DNA from: Isurus oxyrinchus
Taxonomy: Eukaryota
Direction of reading: 5' to 3'
Assembly: GCA_026770705.1 (NCBI GenBank)
Contig: JANJGN010000052.1
Coordinates: forward strand, 62,001 to 126,000
Length of the DNA stretch: 64,000 nucleotides
Notes under the pieces: generated by a model
What the model saw: the letters and a program-made list of their open reading frames with translations, nothing else
The model's database searches: none
Told to the model about the DNA's origin: nothing
Program-made: the position numbers and the translations under genes
Shown here: positions 47,268 to 60,450 of the stretch, piece after piece
Layout: every line of letters begins with the position of its first letter
Numbering within the stretch: the stretch's first letter is position 1

Positions 47268-47636
47268 CAGAAACGTGAAGCTGGGTTACAGGGTAATAGT
47301 TATGGCTCGGACCATTGTCAATTTCTATTCTGAAAAAATAAGGTCCTGCATCTTCCCGTCTGATGTTGTTTATAATCAGGGAACAGTCGCCATCTTTCAG
47401 GTCTCCAGACAGCCGGGTCCGATGGCGGAACCGTGGTAACTCGTGACTGTGATCCTTGGAGTGAAAGGCAATGGGAGCCCAGGGAATCTGTTTCTCATTA
47501 TTAAACCAGAGTCCACCTCGCGGTTGGTTTTCCAGACACGATGGATAACTGTAATGACATGGAATCTGTACACACGAACCTTCCTGAGCTGTCACCTCTC
47601 GTGGAGTGTCACCTTTCCACTCTTGTGACAGTCCAA
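47268..47636 (-). CDS. Gene B, V-set exon V3
   Basis: 369 nt, phase 1-1. WFNNEKQIPWAPIAF...PYFFRIEIDNGPSHNYY; Arg present. Confidence 0.85.
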
Positions 47637-49573
47637 CTGGGGAGAGAAATCTCAATATTTATCTCTGGATGGTTTGTGGATCCACTAGACTCAAAATTTA
47701 CAGATGAGGCTGAATTGGGGGGATGGTCAATACTGAGGAGAATGGCAACAAATTATTTTGGCAGGAAGAATAGAAAAACAGGATATTATTTAAATGGAGA
47801 CAGGCTGCAGAATGCAGTACAGAGGGATCTGGGTGTCCTTGTACATGAATCACAGAAAGTCAGCATTCAGGAACACCACGGAATGAGGAAGGCAAGTGGA
47901 ATGTTGGCCTTTATTGCAAAGGGATGGAGTATAAAAGGAGGGAAGTCTTGCAACAGCTGCACAGGGCGTTAGTGAGATTGTAACAGGATCATTGTGTACA
48001 GGCAGTTCAGAGAAGCTTCACTGGGCTGATTCCTGGGATTAAAGGGTTTGTCCTGTGAGGAAATGTTGAGCAGGTTGGGCCTGTATCCATTGGAGTTTAG
48101 AAGAATGAGGGGTGACCTTATTGAAACATATCCTATTCCGAGGGGGCTTGACAGGGTGGATGCTGGGAGGATGTTTCCCCCTCGTGGGGGAATCTAGAAC
48201 CAGGGAGCACAGTTTCAGAATGAGGGCTCTCCCATTTAAGACTGAGATGAGGAGGAATTTCCTCTCTCAGAGGGGCGCTAGCCTGTGGAATTCTCTTCCC
48301 CAGAGAGCAGTGGAGGCTGGGCCATTGAATAGACTCAAGGCTGAGTGAGGCAGGTTTTTGATCGACAAGAGAGTCAAGGGTTTGGGGGACAGGCAGGAAA
48401 ATGGAGTTAAGGCCACAACCAGATCAGTGAGAGCAGGCTGGAGGGGCCGAATGGCCTGCTCCTGTCCCTATTTCTTATGTTCCTACATTCTTACCTTCTT
48501 AAAATATTAAAGCTGCAGAAAAAACATGCAAGTGACTGACCCGCTCGACCCACCTTCCATCTGGGGGTCCCATGGGGAGGACCCTTCCTGAGCCAGATCC
48601 ACCAGCTAACATGGTCTGGATCCGAGCACAGGAGACACGGGGGGGAGTGACTAACAGGCTCCTTGTGACAGGCCCCGTCTGTCCAATGGCTGGCTTTCAG
48701 CTGCCAAGGCCAGAGTTGTCCTTGCTAAAACCGGCTCAGGACAGGCCAGGACCCCTGTGCAGACCCCCTCCAGCGCTGCAGCCTCTGTACAAACCCCTCA
48801 TGCGCTTGTGGAGAGACACAAACAAGGCTGCTCATTACCGAGGAGAATCCCCTTTACGGACTAAGGGGCTGACTCATCACCCTAAACTCAGCAAATGAGG
48901 AGGCTCTCGCTCGGTATCGGGGCTTGGCATTCGCTCAATAAAAATAATCAAATGACATTTTGGTCAGAAATCTAAGGAGGTTGTACATTCCCTCAAAAAT
49001 AAGACTCGATCTGGGGTCGAGAGTCAAAGGGCAACAACTTATATTTTCACAACAACTTTAACATGACAAATCACCTCAAGGTGCTACACAGGAGCGTCAT
49101 AAAACAAAGTATGTCACCCAGACACATGTGGAGATATTAGCGACAGCTGACCAGAAGAGGTCGGTGTTATGGAGAGACAGAGAGAAAGAGACAGAGAGAG
49201 AGAGAGAGAGAGGGAGAGGAAGAGGGAGAGGGAGAGGTTTAGGGTGGGAAGTCTAGGGTGGTGAAAGGCGCTGTAGAAATGTAAATCTTTCTTCTGTCGA
49301 TATGTCAGACTTCAAGACAGGATTTGAGAGATTGATGGGAGTGGATAACCTGATAACATTGATAGACACAGTCAACACATTTAATCATTGATATTAAAGT
49401 GAGTATTAGACATTGCTTTAGGACTGAACTGGAAGCTATCACCAGGTTATTGAGAATCAGACAGTGTGTTATAATAAACTGTGTTTTGTGTTAATATGTA
49501 AACGTCACAGTTTGTGTTAATTCCCATTGAGTGTTGAATGTGAATTGTTGAGTAATTATAACACAGCACTTAC

Positions 49574-49942
49574 CAGAAACGTGAAGCTGGGTTACAGGGT
49601 AATAGTTATGGCTCGGACCATTGTCAAATTCTATTCTGAAAAAATAAGGTCCTGCATCTTCCCGTCTGATGTTGTTTATAATCAGGGAACAGTCGCCATC
49701 TTTCAGGTCTCCAGACAGCCGGGTCCGATGGCGGAACCGTGGTAACTCGTGACTGTGATCCTTGGAGTGAAAGGCAATGGGAGCCCAGGGAATCTGTTTC
49801 TCATTATTAAACCAGAGTCCACCTCGCGGTTGGTTTTCCAGACACGATGGATAACTGTAATGACATGGAATCTGTACACACGAACCTTCCTGAGCTGTCA
49901 CCTCTCGTGGAGTGTCACCTTTCCACTCTTGTGACAGTCCAA
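49574..49942 (-). CDS. Gene B, V-set exon V2
   Basis: 369 nt, phase 1-1; protein identical to V3 except IEFD versus IEID. Confidence 0.85.
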
Positions 49943-52084
49943 CTGGGGAGAGAAATCTCAATATTTATCTCTGGATGGTTTGTGGATCCACTAGACTCAA
50001 AATTTACAGATGAGGCTGAATTGGGGAGATGGTCAATACTGAGGAGAATGGCAACAAATTATTTTGGCAGGAAGAATAGAAAAACAGGATATTATTTAAA
50101 TGGAGACAGGCTGCAGAATGCAGTACAGAGGGATCTGGGTGTCCTTGTACATGAATCACAGAAAGTCAGCATTCAGGAACACCACGGAATGAGGAAGGCA
50201 AGTGGAATGTTGGCCTTTATTGCAAAGGGATGGAGTATAAAAGGAGGGAAGTCTTGCAACAGCTGCACAGGGCGTTAGTGAGATTGTAACAGGATCATTG
50301 TGTACAGGCAGTTCAGAGAAGCTTCACTGGGCTGATTCCTGGGATTAAAGGGTTTGTCCTGTGAGGAAATGTTGAGCAGGTTGGGCCTGTATCCATTGGA
50401 GTTTAGAAGAATGAGGGGTGACCTTATTGAAACATATCCAATTCCGAGGGGGCTTGACAGGGTGGATGCTGGGAGGATGTTTCCCCCTCGTGGGGGAATC
50501 TAGAACCAGGGAGCACAGTTTCGGAATGAGGACTCTCCCATTTAAGACTGAGATGAGGAGGAATTTCCTCTCTCAGAGGGGCGCTAGCCTGTGGAATTCT
50601 CTTCCCCAGAGAGCAGTGGAGGCTGGGCCATTGAATAGACTCAAGGCTGAGTGAGGCAGGTTTTTGATCGACAAGGGAGTCAAGGGTTTGGGGGACAGGC
50701 AGGAAAATGGAGTTAAGGCCACAACCAGATCAGCGAGGGCAGGCTGCAGGGGCCGAATGGCCTGCTCCTGTCCCTATTTCTTATGTTCCTACATTCTTAC
50801 CTTCTTAAAATATTAAAGCTGCAGAATAAACATGCAAGTGACTGACCCGCTTGACCCACCTTCCATCTGGGGGTCCCATGGGGAGGACCCTTCCTGAGCC
50901 AGATCCACCAGCCAACATGGTCTGGATCCGAGCACAGGAGACACGGGGGGGAGTGACTAACAGGCTCCATGTGACAGGCCCTGTCTGTCCAATGGCTGGC
51001 TTTCAGCTGCCAAGGCCAGAGTGGTCCTTGCTAAAACCAGCTCAGGACAGGCCAGGACCCCTGTGCAGACCCCCTCCAGCGCTGCAGCCTCTGTACAAAT
51101 CCCTCATGCGCTTGTGGAGAGACACAAACAAGGCTGCACATTACCGAGGAGAATCCCCTCTACGGACTAAGGGGCTGACTCATCACCTTAAACTCAGCAA
51201 ATGAGGAGGCTCTCGCTCGGTATCGGGGCTTGGCATTCGCTCAATAAAAATAATCAAATTACATTTTGGTCAGAAATCTAAGGAGGTTGTACATTCCCTC
51301 AAAAATAAGACTCGAGCTGGGGTCGCGGGTCAAAGGGCAACAACTTATATTTACACAACAACTTTAACATGACAAATCACCCCAAGGTGCTACACAGGAG
51401 CGTCATAAAACAAAGTATGTCACCCAGACACATGTGGAGATATTAGCGACAGCTGACCAGAAGAGGTCGGTGTTATGGAGAAACTTAAAAGAGGGATGAA
51501 ATGGTTAGTGAGAGAGAGAGAGTGAGTGTGAGGGATGGAGAGGGCTTAAGGGAGGGTATTACGGAGCTCGGTCCCCAGGCAGCTGAAGGCATGGCCACCG
51601 ATGTTAGAGTGTTGAGATCGGGGGATGGTCAAGAGGCTGGAATTGGAGGAGCGCAGAGACCTCTGAAGGTTGGTGGGTCTGGAGGAGGTTACAGAGATAG
51701 GGAGGGTTGTAGGGGCTGGAGGAGGTTACAGAGATAGGGAGGGGTGTAGTGATTGGAGGAGTTATAGTGATAGGGAGGTTTGTAGGGGCTGGAAAAGTTA
51801 AGAGAGATTGGGAGAGTGTAGGGTCTGGAGGAGTTTGCAGAGGTCGGGAGGGTTGTAGTGACTGGGGCAGGTTACAGGGGCAGGGAAAGTTGTCGGGACT
51901 GGAGCAGGCTACAGAGATAGGGAAGCTTTTAGGGGCAGGAGGAAGTTACAGAAATAGGGAGATTTGTTGTGGCTGGAGGAGGTTGCAGAGATTGGTAGGT
52001 TTGTTGGGCAGGATGAATTTACAGATATAGGGAAGCGGTAGAGGCTTGAAGAGGTTACAGAGAATGGGATGTTTGTAGGTACTG

Positions 52085-53100
52085 GAGGAGGACGAGGAGA
52101 TTACAGGGATAGTGAGGAAACAAAGATGAAAATTTGGACGTTGACATTTTGCTTGACCAGGAGCCAGTCTCGGTCATCGAGCAGAGCGGGTGATAAGGGA
52201 ATGGGACTTGGTGTGAGTAAGGACGTGGTCAGCAGTTTTGGATGGCCTCAAGTTTATGGAGTGTAGAGCGTGTGTTGGAACAGTCGAGACTGGAGGTAAT
52301 GAAGGTGTGGATGAGGGTTTCAGCAGCAGATGAGCTGAGACAGGGTGACGTCGTGCGATGTTACGGAGGTGGAAATAGACGGTGTTAGTGAGGGCGCAGA
52401 TAGGAGGCCGGAAGCTCATCTCAGGATCAAATGGGACAACAAAGCTGTGAACAGATTGGCTTCAATCTCAGAGAGCTGCCAGGGAGAGGAATGGAGTTGG
52501 TAGCGAGGGAACAGAGTTTGGAGCGGGGAATGAAGACAATGGCTTCAGTCTTTCCAATATTTAATTGGAGGGAATTTCTGCCCATCCAGTACTGGATGTC
52601 GGATAAGCAGCCTGATAATTTAGCAGCAGTGGAGGAGTCGAGAGAGGTGGTGGTGAGGTAGAGCTGGGGATCCTCAGTGGACAGGTGAAAACTAACACTG
52701 TTCAGATGATGCTGCAAAGCCATTGCAAGTGATTCTCTGGCTACGATGAGATGGATAAGAATGGAGCCAGGGGAGAGCAGTCCCACCCAGCTGGACGACA
52801 GTGGAGAGGTGTTGGAGGAGGATGGTGTGGTCGAGCGTGTCAAAGGCTGCAGACAGATCGAGAAGGACGAGGAGGGAAAGTTGACCTTTGTCACAGTCAC
52901 ACAGGATGCCATTTGTGACCTTGATAAGAGCTGTTTCAGCACAGTGGCTGGGGTGGGAACCTGATTGGAGGGATTCAAACATGGAGTTCCGGGAAAGATT
53001 TGAACAGATTCGGGAGATGGAAACAGGTTGCAGGACTTTGGAGGGGAAAGAGAGGCTGGAGTTGGGACGGGGGTTTACACGGACAGTGTGAGGGGTGGAA
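52085..53100 (-). mobile_element. L2-type LINE RT fragment
   Basis: QSG..PSHCAETALIKVTN.IL....LLVLLDLSAAFDTLDH.ILLQHL, LQLNIGKTEAIVF, YFHLRNIAR. Confidence 0.85.
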
Positions 53101-53346
53101 GGTGTAGTGGGGAGGAGATACTTCACTCAGGGGGGAGGTGTCATCACCCCTCAGCTCGGTTTATGTTACAGCTATGATGTGGATTCAATCACACACAATA
53201 AGCTTATGGATCTGGGAGCAGAAATAGACAAATCATTAAAAATAGTGGCGCTGTTTAACACGGCCAAAAAACAAGCAAATCAAACACTATTATTTCCCAC
53301 TGAGTGTTGGATGTGAATTGTTGAGTAATTATATCACAGCACTTAC

Positions 53347-53721
53347 CAGAAACGTGAAGCTGGGTTTCAGGACGGTCATTGTATCTATTCCTGTTGTCAA
53401 ATTCTAGGCTGAATAAATAATATCCTGCATCTTCCCGTCTGATGTTGTTTATAATCAGGTAACAGTCGCCATCTTTCAGGTTTCCAGACAGCCGGGTCCG
53501 ATGGTGGAACTGTGGTAACTCGCGATTATGATCCTTGGAGTGAAAGGCTATAGACCGTTCATTCCATTTTTCCCAATTCCTTCTCATATACCAGATTCCG
53601 ACTGGTGATCTCGCTACTAAATATGATGGATAACTGTAATTACATGGAATCTGTACACACGAACCTTCCTGCGCTGTCACCTCTCCTGGAGTGTCACCTT
53701 TCCACACTTGTGATAGTCCAA
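53347..53721 (-). CDS. Gene B, V-set exon V1 (next to leader; essential Arg replaced by Ser)
   Basis: 375 nt, phase 1-1, open, ag/gt intact. WYMRRNWEKWNERSIAF...GYYLFSLEFDNRNRYNDRP; Ser codon 53408-53410. Confidence 0.85.
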
Positions 53722-54124
53722 CTAGGGAGAGAAATATCAATATTTAACTCTGAATGTTTTCTCAATCCACTAGACTCAATATCCACCCCCTCCATCACTG
53801 GGGCACACAGGCTGCAGTCTGGATAATCCACAGGTCACACAATGAATGCCCCAAGGTTTCACAACAGATTGAAGAGAATTCCGGACACAGGAGTGGACAA
53901 GTTCATTCTAAATTGGCTCATGACCCTCAGGTACCTATTTAGTGAAGTCAGTCTGCCACCCAACACAGTGTCTACAAGACACACTAATTGAAGTGAGTTC
54001 ACTGCTGATTTACAACGTAGGACAATGGATTAGGAGCCTTCAGAATTCCCCCATTATCACCATCATGAATCATGAATTGGCCTAGCTGTCCTAGATCCTC
54101 AGTGTCTAAGGCAGTGGTTCCTAT

Positions 54125-55050
54125 TGTGATGTAAGTATAATAATTTTCATAATATTTTATAGTATATTGTGAAGTAGGTTTATGGGGGTACGCGTGATGG
54201 GTCTGCATGTGATTTAAGTACATTTGGAGTTAATTAGATTGGAAGTTTAAAATGATCAAAAGGAGCTAGGTGCTTGACATGCTATTGAGGAAACATGGAT
54301 GCTGCTTAGCATGGAAGGTATGAAGAGAATTTGCATTTTTCTATCAATGAAGGGGTTGTTGGATTTCAAAGGAATCTTAGCTTGTTTACAACTAGCCAGA
54401 TAAGCAAGACTAAGGAATGTGTTTATTTTTCTCAAAGGCTCCTGGCAATATGGGCACCACGAAAGAGTTTGTTATGTGCAAGATACAGTTTCAAAAACAT
54501 ATGGAACAATAGAATTTTCATGTTACAAAGAGAGAAATATATATCTATCAGGGAGAATGAAAGGCTATGTGTCAGAATGCCATGTAAGATCTAACACGAG
54601 TGTGTGATATAGTCTTAATGAAACCTCTAGCATTTGTGCACAAGCCTGCTATCCAACAGAACTGAAGTTGGGGAAAAGCCACTTGGAATTCCTCTGTGCA
54701 GGGTATTGCTTTTATATTGTGTTAACTTGCTGGGTTTGTTTTAAATATAAAGTCTATTTTTGGACTGTTGCCTTAAAGGGAGTGTAACTGGGAGTCAGTT
54801 TAATTCAGAATTTTAAGAATTATTATAGTGGTAATTGTAGAGTTATGTATGTGCTTCAAATCATTTATTTTGAGAGCAAGTATTTTAATTTAATTTTCAA
54901 ATCGCTAAAGGTCTTTGTGTAATTATGGCTTCTGAATTCAGTGCACACATCTCATAATAAATACAAATTGCAAAATCATTATGATCATGTGACCACCATT
55001 CTCTCATGGACTTGGTCTGCCTGGCACACATCACCTGCCAAGTGATAACA
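54125..55050 (+). mobile_element. Solo LTR (same family as 15370-16264)
   Basis: TGT...ACA termini, ctat/ctgt flanks, AATAAA near the 3' end. Confidence 0.72.
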
Positions 55051-55054
55051 CTGT

Positions 55055-56371
55055 TGTAATATGCCTTTCAGGGACAGCAGCATGACATCACTCGAGGGGA
55101 AGTGTGTCATGTGATTTTAGGAATTGGGTATAGCTTAAGTAAGTTCTATGTGTATTTGTGTGTGTTAGGGATAAGGTATATGTTTAAGTTCAAGTTTAGT
55201 TTGATTTCTGTATTTGTGTGTTAAGAAAGGGGGAAACTTCAGTTTTGGTTTCATTTTCGTTTAGCAATCTAATGGGGTTTGATGCCTCTTGAAGGAAAGT
55301 CAAAACAAACACAATGTGTAGGAAACTGTGCTATTGCTAAGCAACAGTGATCCAGAGGGACGGACCCATAGAGACAGAGAAAAACAGAAATGTGCTTTCA
55401 GTTTGGTTGAAAGGAGTTGCCAGGAGAAGCAGCATAGGAGGGGGACAGATAGTCAGTCCCAAAGTAAAGAAGAAGCCAAAACTATCGAGTGGAACAGGAG
55501 AAAGAGCCAAGAAGACCTTCTACTCCAAAGAAGATCAGGAATCTGAAAAAGGTCCTGTTAAGTCGAGATAAGATTGAGGAGCAGAGGAGGGATCCAAGCT
55601 AAAAGAGAAAAAGCAAAAGGACACAGACCTAAAGCAAAAAAGGCTGATTAGAAGCCAGAAGATCATAGGAGACAGCTAAATGTTGATGTCTTCTTACTAT
55701 GACCATGTGAAGCCATGGTGTTCCATTGGCATGACTGAACATTGGAAAGACAACGCGTAGAAGGAAGGCTGAATGCATGTGGCGATCCAGGGGGCAGGAA
55801 CATGGGAAGGAGAGTTTGAAATCGTGGAAGTGGACCCTTGTGGAAGGTCTCTGAGTGAAAGTGTCATGTTAGAGAAGATTCCAAAGAGAGCACTTGGTGA
55901 GTAGAGATTGGAAACTCTCATGTGAAAGATACAGTTTTGTAAGACCAGTTGCCTCATGGTGAAACAAGTGTCTGGAGTCAGTTGAGCTGAAACCCATAGC
56001 ATTTGTTCCAATTGGGGTCTATCACTTGGTTACAGAATGTGGTGTCCCTGACACCAGGTCGTCTATTGGTTTGCATGAGCTGTGTACTTAGTGTGAACAT
56101 GAGAGTATAAGATAGTTATTGTAACTTGTATTCTACTTATGAATCTGTAAATGTATAGGTCTGGGTGAAGGAATAATGTAATATAGTTTGTCTTTCCTAG
56201 TTTAATAAATGTTTTATTCTTTTGTTAGAAGGTCATCAGATGATTCCTGTGACTCTGTTCAGTAGCAGCACTCCACATTCCTAAATAAAAAATAAAAGTT
56301 AGGACCTATCAAGCTGAGTTCCACCCTGGGATCTGACTTGCCCAGTAGTAACATCAGCTGGGATGATAACA
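55055..56371 (+). mobile_element. Second, different solo LTR-like element
   Basis: TGTAAT...ATAACA termini, AATAAA at ~56204 and ~56284, flanks ctgt/ccat. Confidence 0.62.
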
Positions 56372-56559
56372 CCATCCAGTCCAAGTTTCACTTTGGCCTG
56401 TGAGCAGAACACAGCTCACACAGTTTGGCTGCAGGTGTCTCCCAGCTTTCTATCCTTGTACATCTGTTCTCATGTCCCCATTCTAAATAACTGAACCCAC
56501 AATGTAATTACGCAATTCCGTATCAGTGGCTGGTGCCTTTATATCATTATAAAAACACA

Positions 56560-59500
56560 ACATGGTGATCAGCGGTGGCCAAACATTCTGGCCGCAAGAT
56601 TCAGTACAGGTATGACATGGTGAACAGCCTGAGATCGAGCTACATGACATGAGATGACCCTCGACGCTTTGGTCAGACCACAACAGAGACACAGCATCAG
56701 AGAGGGTTGAAATCGCAGTGTACTGACTCTCAGGAAACCTTTGAAGACACAGTGACGGGAAAGAGCTCAAGTAAAGAGCTGGGGAGCAGACGGATCCCTC
56801 GTGGTGGGATTACAGCACACGGCCTGTAGGTCAGTGAGTGGGACAGTGTGTATCGCCAGGACCAGCAGCGGGTTAGCTCAGTCAGGGAAGGCGAGTGACC
56901 CGGGTGTGGGCTGGATCGATAGTGAGCGAGGGAGAGTCAAACACACAAAAACCATTATAAAAATCAGCCCAGAGAAGTTAGTGATTATAACGGGCGGCTT
57001 CGAGATTGCTGAACAGCAAATTGAATAAAAAACAAAGACTCCATTACTCCGTGGTGTGTTCCTGCCACAACCCGTCTTCGTGGGCGGAGCTTCGGAAAAG
57101 CACACAAAAGGGGCTAAAGCGACACTCATCCCAGGTCCTGTAGGAGAAGGAAGGTCAAAGGAATATTGTCAGAATGTCCACGAAATTCCCCAGTTTGAAC
57201 TGGGATGTAGCTGACCGACTATCTGAATTCAGAATGTTTAAACAGCGTACAGAGCTCTGGTTTCCTGATTCAGGTGTGACTGAACCAGACGAACAAGCCA
57301 TAAAAATTCACCTCGTGATTGGGAATGAAGGTCTACACAGGCTGAACACGTCAGGATTAACAGCAGAAGAGCGAAAGGATCCCCAATAGATATGGACGAT
57401 ATTGGAAGACAGGTTCAGAATCAGGTGAAACTCCATATTCATCAACTAGAGTTTATGTCATTTCATCAGCCTACACAATCCATAGACCACTTCATCAGCC
57501 GATGTAGAGAAAAGGGTACGCACTGTGATTTCAAACACAGAGCCTGCAGACACAGTTGTTGAGTTGGTGATCGCATCCACTCCCATGGAAGCCTTCCAGA
57601 AAGATCTGCTAGATAAGACCAAAACCTATAGCATTGAAGAGCTACTCAAGGATGGACATAAATACGAAGTGATCCTCGCAGGTCAACGAAGCTTACAGGA
57701 CCTCAGTACAACATCAATTGTTGACACACTCACTAGAACATCCAAACCTAGTGAGACGTGTGGAAGGTGTGGCCTTCTGCAGGCACCAAGGAAATGCCCA
57801 GCTTTCCACCAATCCTGCAAGGCTTGTGGCAGAAAGGGCCAGTGACAGCGGCAGAGCACTAGAGCAAAGGCTGATGCAGCTGCAAAGAGCCGTGCGCTGA
57901 TCCAAACAGACCCTACACAACGGGGAACCTTCAATCAATAAGAATGACCATCCGCTATCCCATCAGGAACATATACATGTGGTGACTGACAAACCAGGAA
58001 ATGGCGATGATGTGCACGGCGAGACGAGGTGCGGTGATCGATATTCCACCTCTCACACATATCCTGTCGTGGCTTGCCAATAAATTGTGGATTGTTGTCC
58101 TTAATGATCTCTCTGGGCACATCAAATAAACTGAAAATGTCCCATAGTGGTAGGATTTTCTGGCCCCACCCACTGCCAGGATTGTCCGGTCCGGCCGAAA
58201 GCCAATGGATTTATATTTGTCCCAATCTCCCAAGGCAGGTCCCACCATGACCGGGCCGGAAAACCCCGGCCTAGAGTTTGTGCAACATTTGTGCTCAACG
58301 TTTTGTGCAATTGTTGAACAATTTCACACCTTTTACACCATCGATCTCACGGAGAACAGATGCTGTCACATCACCCGCACTATTGGCCAAGATTCCAATT
58401 ATCTGCCCTGAGAAAGTGGCTACCTCCCCTTTATTGGCCAAGAGTGACACAAGGGCAAGTGCCAACATTCCCCTCCCCCAGCCCACCCCAGCAAATTTTC
58501 AAAGACATATATCCAAGGACATGGAAGTCCATGGGGAAACCTACTGCTGTGTACAACACTTCACCAACTCCATGTGCGGAATCCATAGTCTTGGGGTGCA
58601 AGTACAATCAATCCTCCTGGGTGTCACAGATGTTCTACATTGTGGAGACTAAAGGCTGAGCAATTGCAAGTCTACCGGCATGCGGTGACCTCACACTAGT
58701 GACTATCCATGGAATCTGTCAGACCTGACATGGGTCAACCTCAGAAACTACCCCATCAACTCAGTTCATGGACATAACATTGAAATATGCAGAAAGTTTC
58801 AACAGTATTTGTAGTTTCAAGGGAGCTGCAACATTACACCTGCAGGAGAATGCAAGTCTGTCAATTGATCCAGTACATTTAGCACAACAGAAATGCCAGC
58901 AGCTACAAGAGGGAACAGTGAAAAATTCTACAGGAACTGTGGAAATATCATTGAAAGGGTGGCTGATTCAACTTGACGTCATCAGGAATAGTGAGGCATC
59001 TCCCAGGGAGTCATTTTTAATGGCAGGCATCGCATCATACCGGAACCTTTGTGATGATATATTCTTCAACAACTTCATCCCTCACACATGGGCACAGATC
59101 AGACAGGGAGACTCACAAGAGATACAGTCACTGGCCGGGTATGAACAATGACCTTGAAGTCGTTGTAGGGAAGTTCGAGGCTTGTCAAGAGGATGAGCCA
59201 AGTCAACATAAAGAACCACTGATTCCACAGGAAATTCCTGCCTATTCTTAGTCCAAATTCACATCTGAATCCTTTCATGTCCATGTCACTGACTTCATCG
59301 TCATCGTCGACAGCTTTACCAGATATCCCGTTATTCAAAAATAACACAACACACCGAGCACTACTGGTGCACACATTCTAAGCACTATTTTCAGTTTATT
59401 TGGTGAGCCTAGGGACATGAGTACATATAATCTGGAATATCAATCACACAACTTCTTCTCCTCATTACCCCAGATCTAACGGCCTAGCTGAATGAATGAT

Positions 59501-60450
59501 TCACACCAGTGAAATCCCTAATTCTCAAATGTAGACAGACCAAGCAAGATCCACACATTGCAATGTTACATCTGAGATCAACACCTACAACTGCAACTTT
59601 GTTAAATTCATTCATGGGATGTGGGAGTCACTGGTCAGGCCAGGATTTATTACCCATCCCTAATGTAAGAGTCAACCACATTGACGTGGAGTCTGGAGTC
59701 ACATGTCGGCCAGGCAATTTTGTTCCCTAAAGGGCACTGGTGAACCAGGTGGGATTTCCAACAATGGTTTTGTGGTCATCACTAGACTTTGAATTTCATC
59801 TTTTTATTAAATTCAAATTCCATCATCTATTATGGCAGGATTTGAACTCATATTTTCAGGACATTACCCTGGGTCTCTGAATTACTCATCCAGCAACAAT
59901 ACCACTACACCATCACCTCACCTTATTGCATCACTGACAGAGATCATGTTTGGTGGGCCAGTAGTGACCAATTTCGCTATTCTTACCCATTCTACTCTCT
60001 CAGAAACCAGAGGGCAACTTTTAAAACTACAAGAGAAGATAAGGAATGTTCATGATAAAAATGGAGGTGCACAGTTGCCAAGTTTACAGTTGGGACAAGT
60101 TCACATCCAGGATCCCACAGAAGGTTCATGACCACCAGCCGAGATGACAAGGATTTTTCAGAACCAAGGGCCTATGGAGTCAAACACACAAGGGCACAGC
60201 GGTGAGGCGGAACTGAGGATAAATCAGATCCATTCCCGCTCCTATTCCAACGAGGAGAAGATCCCACATGAAATCAGGAACAACATCCAAGGGTGACAAT
60301 CCCACAGATCACTGTGAGCAGTTAAAGACACCTCCAGACAAGGTAACCAGCACAAGATCTGGGTGGACCAGAAGGTCAAATCCACACTTTAGAGACTCAA
60401 ATATTCAACAGTTCCGTACACTTATGTAATTGTCAATAAATATGAACATG
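56560..60450 (+). mobile_element. Degenerate, internally rearranged Gypsy-type retrotransposon
   Basis: PBS-like caaca|TGGTG at ~56561, gag from 57174, knuckle CGRCG...CPA...CKACGRKG, integrase remnants (HWPGMNNDLE...CQE, SSPHYPRSNGLAE, IAMLHLRSTP). Confidence 0.75.

Larger units (their letters stand above)
44648..51480. repeat. Three tandem ~2.3-kb units, each with a V exon and a CR1 fragment
   Basis: V-exon donors at 44964, 47268 and 49574 (periods 2304 and 2306 bp); intronic sequence nearly identical. CR1 pieces at ~45390-46180, 47700-48490 and 50005-50795. Confidence 0.92.

Noticed and set aside
44964-53721. V exons as RAG-rearranging Ig/TCR/IgNAR segments
   Set aside because: They end in splice donors with a complete G strand, have Siglec cysteine spacing rather than a YYC motif, and show no heptamer-nonamer signals at their ends.
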